Shown here in pieces: positions 54,690-64,000 of a stretch of DNA of 64,000 nucleotides. Source of the stretch: Tetramitus jugosus (taxonomy: Eukaryota > Protista > Heterolobosea); the NCBI GenBank assembly GCA_937625935.1, contig OW569355.1, positions 62,001 through 126,000 on the forward strand, given 5' to 3'. Position 1 is the stretch's first letter, and each line of letters begins with the position of its first letter. Position numbers and translations under genes: made by a program. The notes under the pieces were generated by a model. That model saw only the letters and a list, made by a program, of their open reading frames with translations. It was not told where the DNA came from and ran no database searches.

Positions 54690-57600
54690 ATGAGTGATTC
54701 TCCAGCAACTCCCAACATCAACAGGAGAAGGCTACGAAACAGGCAAACCATTGCCAACATTTACTCTGATTCTTCTCAAATCCTCCAAAATGTCTCCAAC
54801 AACAACAACAACAACAATAGTAACAGTAACAATAGCACATTGACAGTCGATACCAATGTATCATCATCATCATCAACAGCACCACTCTCACCTGCAATCA
54901 AAAACAACAATAACTCTACAAAGAAACCCTTGTCCGTCCAAACTGTTGACAAGAACAACAAAAACAACAACAAAAATAAGAGTAGTAGTAGTGCAGCAGC
55001 TGCGGTTCTATCTCCCTCGTCTTCTCATGGAGACAACAACATGTTTGGAGATTCTGCATTGATGGAGAGTGATAGTGAACAGGATGGAGGTGAAGAGCAC
55101 TATCGATTCCTCATGTCATCGAGTGCCATGCAAGAAATTGTGGACAAGGCACACAGTGCGGCACTGCAGAGAGCTCAAGAGTACTTGGACAATGAGAATG
55201 ATTTGAAAAAAGTCAATTATTTGATTGAGATGACAGAGAAGCAAGTAGCAAACGAAAAGCTAAAATTGTTGACATTGTCGTCGACGCAGATTGAAGAAGC
55301 GAGTAATGCACTGAGATTGATTGAACAGTCAGATGGGTTGATTACTGGTCTAAAAACATGTTTCAAGTCGATTAATCAGATTGGAGAGAGTAATTACAAG
55401 TTGATTTCGAGTTATGGAATGATTAGAGATGTGTCGAACACGGTGCAGAATATTGTAAAGACGAGTGAGACACTCAAGGGACTGTTGGGATTAAAGGATG
55501 ATATCGAGCAGGTGGATGAGTATTTGATGGATGATGAGGACTCTATGCTGCAAATGGCACATGATTCCATATTGGAGATGGAGAAGACGAGAGATGATAT
55601 TATGATGGAGGTGTACAATAGAGATTCATCGTTCGATACGCACTTTGAAGTATTTGAAGAGTACTTTAAGAGGATTGATGACGTGGTGGAGAGATTTCAA
55701 AATGTGTTGTGGCACATTTTGGAAGATGTTGAGTCGAGGGCTCAAGAGGATCCTGGTACTATTGTGAGAGTGATCGCAATTGTCGTGGCAGAGGAGGAGA
55801 GAGATGCAGAGAAGAGAAGTCGCGAAGAGGTGAGAATTTTGAAGGCAGAGGATGATCTCGATATGGACGAGATGACATATAATGATGACGATGATGATGA
55901 AGCATCTTCTGGCATGTATTCAGCAAGATTATCTACCAAGAAGACAACATCATCTGTTCGATCCAGGTCACTGAGCACCAAGAAATCACAAAGGAATGGA
56001 GAACAGGCGCAAACGATACGATACAGTAATTTCAAACAAAAAATGTATGAGGTCCTGAAGAATACAATTCGATTTAAATTTGAAGAAGGATTGGAGGATT
56101 GTAAATCAATGGACGAAAAGATTGAGCTTATCAAGTCTTATTTCGAAGATGATTTATGTCGTGTCACAGTGAGAGATATTGTGCCGTGCTTCCCTGCTAC
56201 TTTTGATATTTGGAAGTTCTTTGTGGACACATATGAGAACGAACTGGTCGAAATGGTGAACCGAATGATTGTAAAGTCAAACAAGAGATACAATGAAACT
56301 CCAATGGGTGAGAAGTTGAAAATGGTGCGATTTTTATCTTCATATCATGAGCTGGTTCAAGACACGATTGACACTCCAAGAAACTTTACAAAGGAGGCCG
56401 AGATTTTAGTCAGTGATTTCATCACGAACAGATCTGTAAGTATTTCAGTGATGTTTTGTTGAATTTGCTTTCTCTTGTTTCTTATTAACACTATTCTCAA
56501 TACATAGACATTTATGATCCAATGTGCTGTAAATACTGTGCAACAAGATTTTGGTGATGATTTGAAGAAGTCTATCTCTCTAAGTGCCAATAAGCGTGGT
56601 TATCCCTGTACTCCTACTCCAACAGAAGTGTTTACAATGTTGAACAGTCAAGTCGATGAAATTTATCGTAATGAGATTGATCAACTGATTCCGCTATTGG
56701 GAGAGAATTGCAGAGCTACGCTTCGATTGTTTGCCTCAGAAACAGTGAATCAAATCCAGTCAAGATTATCAGAATTGAATTTAGTCACACTGTGTGCTCT
56801 AGCAAATAACTGCACAAGAATTAAGTACTATACGAGGAATTTAAGTTCTCGTATCCTTCATTTGTTCGAAGAGAGGCACATTGACCAAGTTTTTGTCACT
56901 TATGACCAAGTTGTGGAAGAATTTAATCTCTTAGGCGAGAAATGTGTGGGATATGCATGTGATGTTATTACTAAAGATTTGGGTCCGCTCTATCAGCAGC
57001 TTTTCCAAAAGGATTGGGTGCGGTATCTCGAACCTGCTCAAGTACAAAACGGAGACAAATCAGATTCTGACTCTGATGATGATGGAAAGAAACAGAACGT
57101 GCACGAAGAATCACTAAAACAGGCGCTAATGGTAAAGGTAGTGAAATTACTAACAAAGTACTTTACAGAGAATCTTGAGCAAAATCTGCTGGAAGATGAA
57201 TGGTTGCCAATGTTGACAGAAAAGATTGCAACATATTGTGTGAATCAATACTTGGACCAGTTGCTGAATCCTAACTACAAATCACCAAAGTTTGACAATC
57301 CATCACTAGCTATGAGACAAATGAAGTTCGATATTCGAACGTTGAAGCAGTTCTTCTCTGATCCAGTTGAGATTATAGAAGGACATGGAGACGAAGCAAG
57401 TCAGAGTGGCAGCGAGGATGAGAGTGAAAGTGACAGCGAAAGTGGAAGCGATAGTGACTCTGATACAAATTCATCCAAGAGTGGATCGAGTGATGGAAAA
57501 GGGAAGGAGGAGTTGGATGAGTCGCTCGTTGATCCTGAGCCTCGAGCCATTAAGAGAAACAGACTCAGCGAAACTCAGCTGAAGAACGTTTTCAAACCGC

Positions 57601-58112
57601 TTGAGCTAACCTGTAAACTTATATTGTGTGACGACGCAGATGATGTCACCCTAGCATTGACAGATCTGACTCAAAATTACCCTGACATTAGTGCCAGTGT
57701 TGTGATTCGATTGTTGAAGTTAAGGAGCGACATCAACAAGAGTGAATACAAGAATATGACAGATGTTGTGTTCAATCACTTTGAACGATATGCAGATCGT
57801 GATATCGCTTCCTTCTCTTTGTTTGCAAAGTACGATTCTGGTATGAACAGGAGAATGATAGAAGCAAGCGAAACAACAGAGAAGAAGGCCAAGAGAAAGT
57901 GGTTCCGTTTTGGACGCTCGAAAAAACATCGAGCCTCACAAATGCGACTCATTGAATCGACCACACCTGTACCTGCCCCAACACAAGCTCAGAACAATTC
58001 AGAGGTGAGAGCTTCTGAGAACGTCCCATCATCTTCTGCTGGACAAAAACCAAAGCGAGGCGAACACACACAATACGATTCCATGAGCTTGGACGATTTT
58101 CTGTCGCTGTAA
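54690..58112 (+). CDS. SEC6: Exocyst subunit Sec6/EXOC3-like (intron 56436-56507)
   Basis: IVRVIAIVVAEE, IVPCFPATFDIWKF, TPTPTEVFTML, LCALANN, YPDIS..LLKLRSD; phase-0 GTAAGT..ATAG intron. Confidence 0.85.
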
Positions 58113-58206
58113 CGGCTGCTTCTCCCGCTCGAACTATTTAGACACAAATTTGATCTCTTCTCCGTTCTTGTTTCTCACTGAACAATTAATTAGCTAAGTT
58201 GCTATC

Positions 58207-59995
58207 ATGTTAACAGCAGGACCTCGTGTGGGAAGACGATCTGCGCAGAGCAAACAAAGACAACAGCTACGGAATGATGATGAAGAATCTCAAACCATTT
58301 ACATGTACGAAGAGCACACTTCGAACGTTCAGAACTCGCCAGAATCTCCTCCTTCTCACAATGTAAAGATAATAAAGCCTAGGAGAACATTATTGAGTTC
58401 AAGAATGCTGAACATGGATCTCATAGAGAAAAACATAACAGTCTCACCTCCACAACCTGCCAGAGCTCAGACAACCAGTGGAACTAATAATGCAGCAAGA
58501 TCTTCCGTTGTTCAATCTCCTCCATCGGCTGATTCAGTGATGGTGAGTATCAAAGAACCTCCCCGGCCCAGAGTGTTTTCATCTCCTCCACCGATAAGAA
58601 CTAACATTTCAATGGAGAGTACGGCTCCCCAGAAAAGTTCATCAACGAGTTATCAGAGCAATCAAACACCAAAAACTCAATCGCCTATATCCTCCTCTGC
58701 ACAAGCCAATACGTCAGGCATTGAAACCAAGCTGCTCAAGTACAAGAAAAAGATAGAAAAGCAGAAAAAACTACTCAATATCAAAGTAAAGGAGTTGGAG
58801 AGTAAAGAGGAACAAATTAGTGGCCTACAAGGTCAAATGAATCATTGGCGATGTGAATGTGAAAAGTTGCAGGAAAAGATGCGGGAGAGTAGCGCCTCTT
58901 TGAAAGATCAAGCATTGAAAGAAGAACAAGTGTCCACACGGGAAAATGAATTGTTCCAGCAGTTAGGACAAATGAAATTAGAGCTCGACAAGGAGAGAAT
59001 TTTCAGTAAATCGATACGAGACGAGAGTAATCTGCAGATAGAAACATTGGAGAGGTCGATAATAGAGAAGAATACAATCATAGACGAGATGGAGAAAAGA
59101 ATGAAAGCAATGAGCTTAGATTATGATGAGACATTCCGAAAAATGAAAGCGGACTTGGAATTACAGTCACAGAGCGAGATTCAACTGCATAATGCCAGAG
59201 AACAATTGAAACAAGATGCCCATATGTTGCATCTCGAAAATGAAAGCCTAAAACAAGAAGTGAAGAGCAATTCGATCACAATCAATGAACTTCAAAGTGC
59301 GTTATCAATTGTCAAGAGAGAAAGTGACTTTTATAAAAAGCAAAAGGACGATCTACTGGTTGAGAACACGAAAATGAGAGCAGTTCACAATTCGACGTAT
59401 AGTACGCTCTCAACAAACCCAGTATCATCGAATTTTTCTCATTATGACAGACACTTCGAGAGTTTACATCAAAAGTATCACTCTGACTCTACAATACAAC
59501 TAAGTGAGCCACCAAAACGTATTAGCGAACCAACTTCTTTCGAACCAACTCAGAGTAATGCCTACAACACTTCTCCTCCTAAGATATTCGCCAGAGGAAA
59601 GCACTTTCAATCTCATCAACATGATGTATTGAAGCCTGATTCCTCACCGAAAGAGTACATAACATCGAGCGTTCGAGTCACCCGAGCCCAGAATTCTGCA
59701 ACTCCCTTCGCTACAGAAGAAACGAGCAAGTAAGTAATTTCTTTTCAAGAATAACTTCTCAATTCGCTTACACCAAATTGATAATAGAGAACTGAAAAAC
59801 ATTGAGACACTGGAACAGAAAATCACCAAATTGAACTTAGAGCGGACACAATTGGATGGAGAACTTCAGAAACTACTCAGCACGAGGATCACGAACATCG
59901 AGCTGAGGAAGAGGAAAATGAACCTTGAACGGCGCTTGGAGGAAATTGCAAAGGAGAGTAGCGAGATTCGCCAAAGACTCCGAGATATAACATGA
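58207..59995 (+). CDS. Coiled-coil protein (intron 59730-59787)
   Basis: Heptad-rich. The GTAAGT..ATAG intron adds an in-frame exon ELKNIETLEQK..LERRLEEI..IT* ending at 59995. Confidence 0.75.
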
Positions 59996-60126
59996 TTGAA
60001 TTGGACTGACAAGAGTCAACCACCTTTTTGATAAAAGCATTACTATTATACCAATTGAGTGTCAAAAAAGTAATGCATTCCAGCTGGACAGATGATCATG
60101 GTTCCCAACAAAAATATGAAAACTAT

Positions 60127-60200
60127 TACGATTGACCGGGATCGAACCGGCGACCTTGAGCGTGTTAAGCTCACGATCTAACCAACTGATCTACAACCGC
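60127..60200 (-). tRNA. tRNA-Val(AAC)
   Basis: GCGGTTG-TA-GATC..GATC-G-TGAGC-TTAACAC-GCTCA-AGGTC-GCCGG-TTCGATC-CCGGT-CAATCGT-A folds into a full cloverleaf; T-run terminator just downstream. Confidence 0.95.
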
Positions 60201-60246
60201 TTACATTTTTGAATTTTTCGCCGTATTTTGGCCCTAAATGGCCCAC

Positions 60247-62460
60247 AGACAGAGTTGCATTGTCTGATAATATGTCCGGTATATGATAGCTAGGCGCCTG
60301 CATGAGTATGCACCTCGATAAGTTGGAGTTGTTTGCCCGAAAGGACAGTGACAAGATATCAATTAGGGTTGCTGGCAAGGAAATTGCTTCGAAAGATCTT
60401 CCGTGCCTTGGGTCTGTTCACCAATTTGCATGGGGACTCTGATGCTCAAAAGAAACAGAGCAAACTGAAGGCCGCTCGAGTTCTCAACAGGTTGAAGGTG
60501 TTGAGACTGGGGCCAGCTCAGGTTGCTAGGATCGTGAACACTTGTATTCACCCAATTTTTCTCTATGCATCAGAGTTTACCAACTGGCCAAAAAGGTGGC
60601 TTAACGAGGTAAATTGCATGGGACGTAAAGCTGTGAAGCACGGATCAAGAGCCTTGAAGAGGTACCCGTCGGTACTTCTCTCTATCGGTAGGGACAGTGG
60701 TGGAATTGGACTGTGTGAGTTCAAGGAGTCCAATTGCCGCTTTCATATTCGGCATGCTACAAGGGAAGAGAGATGCGGAAGCACGTACACTGTTGTTGGA
60801 CACGCTTGATGATGTCAAGCAAAATCACCTACTCACCCAATTGAGTATTTTCCAATCCTGCAACAGGCTGGATCAAGTTAAGAATACATACTTGGTTTGG
60901 TGTGCAAAGCTCCTACATGAATCCAACATCACCATCGGAGATGCTTCTCTACACGAATGTCAAGGTTGCAATGTGGCTTTTCATCTCCCCTTAAGTGAAG
61001 CATTCTCAAGGCAAACGGAGTGCACAGAAACGAACAACTATATCACGAAGGTAGTATCATGTCTTATGAGAAGGCAAAGAGTTTCTACGGTCTAAAGGGC
61101 TTAGGACCCAGGAAGTACCGACATGTACAGTTCTATATGGAACTGTCGGGCACTCCGAGTGAGTGCTCCAATGACCGAAAACATTAACGAACTCTTCACT
61201 GATGGAGTCCGAACCGTGGATATCCATGCCAAGACACATCTGGCAAATTTCCACCAACGAAAAAGAGAAAAGGAGATCTTGAGTAACAGTAAGTGGTGGC
61301 TTGATGGAGAACTCACGAGGTGGAATAAGTGGAATACTTTTCTGAAGTGTCCTTTTGGTCTCGACAGAAGAGACCTTTGGTTTTATCATCAGGTGAGGAG
61401 TGGCACCTTGCATACTCTTTCAGTGATGCAGAGTTTATATGGAGGCACTCATGGCACGACGTGTCCTTGTTGTGGAGAGGATGATGATACAATCACTCAT
61501 CTTTTGGTTGAGTGTTCATTTGCACAAGAAGTAAGAAAGAGAATATGTGTGTCCGTGGTTGATAAACTCAACAGATTAAGGTTGCCTAAAGACACAAAGG
61601 TGGAACTCTGGTTCGACAGTTACTTGTACTGTAATGGTAGCTTGATCAAAAGAAATGCTGCCATGACCTCACATGATATTTTGGCTGGTCTGATGGGGAA
61701 GGAGGGAGAGACAAGGGAGGATATCCTCAATGCTCTCATAAAGACAGGATGCAAAAAGAAGGTCGCAGAAAAAAGGGCTGCGAGTGTAGTTGACTGCACC
61801 AAGAGGGAGTGTGTTAAAGAGCTGCACAAGTTGTTCATCACGTCTAAGGAGAGGTGGAGAGAAACGATGCTCTGCTCCGTGCCGGTGCAGAGCAACACAA
61901 CAACTACTAGTCATCATGGACTTGACAGGGTAAGGAAGTGAACAAGCGCTCTGCACCGTGCCGGTGCAGAGCAGCATCACTCCCAGTAACAAGGTGAAAT
62001 GAATAAAGAGGCAACTCATGTTGTATGGAAAAAAAAAAAGCTAGGCGCCTGCTAGTCAAAGAAGTTTCGGAGAAACTAGGAAGGTTAGGTATACACAGAG
62101 CTAAATCTGTGGACCTTTGGTTCGACAATCAGAAGTAATGGTTGGCTTAAGATGAATAGTGCGAGGAAAACAAGTAAGGAGTACAGACTAGGTATGTTGA
62201 GAGTAGAAACACGAGCTACGAAGCAAATAACGAGAGGATTAACGAAGAATGGAATGACGAAGGACGTAGCAGAGAGAAAAGCCAAACTAATTGTACACAA
62301 CACCAAGGTGTCTTGAGGTGATGCATCACCTCTTCACTAGCTCCAAAGAACTTGACGGTTGTTAATGCATTCTGCCGTCACGAAGCAAACAAGTACTGCA
62401 AGTACAGAGAGCAACAAAGAAATAAAAGTGCAACCAATTGGTTGTATTTAAAACAAAAAA
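60247..62460 (+). mobile_element. Older 5'-truncated LINE copy (60247-60301 + 62053-62460), split by a younger insertion
   Basis: The left part encodes TELHCLIICPV..ARRL and the right part LVKEVSEKLGRLG..DLWFDNQ, collinear with ETVLHCLVNCPVARMARILLSKEVS..IWFDNQ of the left-end element. AATAAA at 62421, A-rich tail at 62450-62460. Confidence 0.85.
60302..62039 (+). mobile_element. Youngest 5'-truncated LINE copy with poly(A) tail and 14-bp TSD
   Basis: TSD AGCTAGGCGCCTGC at 60288-60301 and 62039-62052; A11 at 62029-62039; AATAAA at 62002. Frameshifted ORFs 60333, 60697 and 61123 match the post-YVDD part of ORF 476..3166. Confidence 0.92.
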
Positions 62461-62466
62461 GCCCAC

Positions 62467-62780
62467 TCAGTTTCAAACTCCACGTAAAGAGAGGCACCCT
62501 GCACACAAAAGAGGTTGTTCGTGGGCTGTATAATCCCAGTGAAAAGAACCAGAAAGTGTGCTGCACTGAGCAGATGCCCGAGGGCTGTTTATGCCAGACG
62601 GTCAGGGAGTTAACAGCTATGGGAGTAGCCTCCGATAGCTGTATCGATATTTGGTTCGACAATCGAGGTAAGATTGAAAAGCGACCACTGAGGTTGACGA
62701 GTAGGGAATTCCTCATGGGTATGATGGGAATTGTGAAACGGAGGTGTCTCACGACCCTCCTTCATCGATGGTTGAAGAAA
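62467..62780 (+). mobile_element. Third, most decayed LINE 3' fragment
   Basis: HVKRGTLHTKEVVRGLY and CIDIWFDN..FLMGMMG match QVKSQTLHTKAVVKHLY and CVDIWFDN..YLIGMLG, with internal deletions. Confidence 0.8.
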
Positions 62781-62921
62781 ACAAAAGACAATGCAGTGAG
62801 CAACCGAAATGGTTGTATTTGCTGACCCTAAGAAACAGTTTGTTTCCTTCGAATTCCCAGGAGTAATTCTAGTTTTTGATCATGTTGATCTTTTCGTGCT
62901 CCACTAAAAAAAATCATGTAA

Positions 62922-63746
62922 ATGCAAGATCAACATCCACAACAACAACCACATCATCATCAAGGTAGTGGCGCCACCACTCACCCAAAGAGATCCTACA
63001 ATTCACCTCCAAGAATCACTCCATCCGCTTCTCCCACCACCAATGACGATCAAACACGACCAAAAAGCTTTCGATTCATCACAGAAGAAACATACTTTGC
63101 ACAAGAACAGATTGAGCACAAGGACACGCGTGAGAAGGCAATTAATCCCATTATTCTCAGTCGCCTACAAGAAAATATCATGGACAGCTTTGTCTTCAAG
63201 TTTTCAAGCGTCGTGTGCTCGTTAGAGTACAATCAGTTGGTTGACTGTTTCCAACAAGGAGATCAAGAACAAAAAGCGTTGCCATCATTGTCAGGAACGA
63301 CAAGCTTAGCTCCTTTGGTTCGTGAGAAAACTCGCTCTTCATTAGAGTCTGCTGCTCTTCAGTTGGAAGAAGATCAAGAAGAAGTCAAGCCGTCAAAGAA
63401 ATCGACATGTTTGAAGCGTGAAAAATGGTGTGCAAAACAGAGCAAACAGTATGGTGATTGTGTGTACAGTCGATTTAATCAAGTGGTGGGCTTATTGTGT
63501 GTTCATGAGTGGAAGTGCAAACAAGAGTATGACTGGTATGAAACGTGTTTGAAGCTCATGTCGACAAATGGTCATGCTGATCAATCACTCAAGTCGTTCT
63601 TCTCCTCGTACAAGTGGAACCAAGTTCAGGGAACAAAGCACAGTTTGCCCTATGTCAACGTGTGTGAGACATACCTGTGGCGAAGGCTTTACAAGTGTCT
63701 CACCAATCATCTGCGGATTGATCCAGCTCCCTTTAATCAAGAGTAA
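62922..63746 (+). CDS. Hypothetical protein with twin CX9C (CHCH-like) motif
   Basis: CAKQSKQYGDC and CKQEYDWYETC in a 274-aa ORF. Confidence 0.6.
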   Translation: MQDQHPQQQPHHHQGSGATTHPKRSYNSPPRITPSASPTTNDDQTRPKSFRFITEETYFAQEQIEHKDTREKAINPIILSRLQENIMDSFVFKFSSVVCSLEYNQLVDCFQQGDQEQKALPSLSGTTSLAPLVREKTRSSLESAALQLEEDQEEVKPSKKSTCLKREKWCAKQSKQYGDCVYSRFNQVVGLLCVHEWKCKQEYDWYETCLKLMSTNGHADQSLKSFFSSYKWNQVQGTKHSLPYVNVCETYLWRRLYKCLTNHLRIDPAPFNQE

Positions 63747-64000
63747 CTGTCGCGAATGGTACCACTCATTACTTGCTTTACTTTCATAAATATAACTCAA
63801 TGACAATCAATATTTGTTTGGATAACACTTAATTTGCGATAGGCATTACCATAGCGGGCAAAAGGTTCCAGATTCAGAATTCTTCTCCGCCCAAACAAGA
63901 AGGGAATTCTCTCCCAGCAACAACAATCCAAGAAAAAAAACAAAAAAGGTCATGATCTCTTCAAAGTCATCCCTGGTTTTTTATTGTCTGGCAGTCCTCC

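Noticed and set aside
1-64000. Many short antisense or overlapping ORFs in the track
   Set aside because: Shadow frames of real genes with no motifs.

Overview
Gene-dense eukaryotic DNA, most likely from a free-living protist (lineage not determinable here). It has short intergenic gaps, a few short GT-AG introns, poly-Q/N/T/S tracts, and a SPATA4/SPEF1-like gene suggesting a flagellate stage. About 25 protein genes are present: Nup93, EPC/Epl1, kinesin-7, DDB1, MCM6, GH81 glucanase, COX6A, GULO/ALO, Sec6, MEAK7-like TLDc, EF-hand and Dim1-like proteins, and a ~3,470-aa type II membrane protein with ~30 Ig/cadherin-like repeats. Two things stand out. (1) Two tandem paralogous secreted polyproteins (22.8-24.9 kb) consist of ~14-18 variable, mostly cationic cassettes, each closed by an aromatic-S-(M/L)-S-D-type motif, with a shared C-x4-C C-terminal module; this is a candidate multi-core peptide precursor system. 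(2) A non-LTR retrotransposon family appears to target tRNA genes. Three nested 5'-truncated copies sit head-to-head ~46-100 bp upstream of tRNA-Val(AAC); the youngest has a 14-bp TSD and poly(A) tail. A fourth, longer copy at the left end abuts a tRNA-Ser 3'-half with an intact B box. All family assignments come from motif recognition by eye, not database searches.
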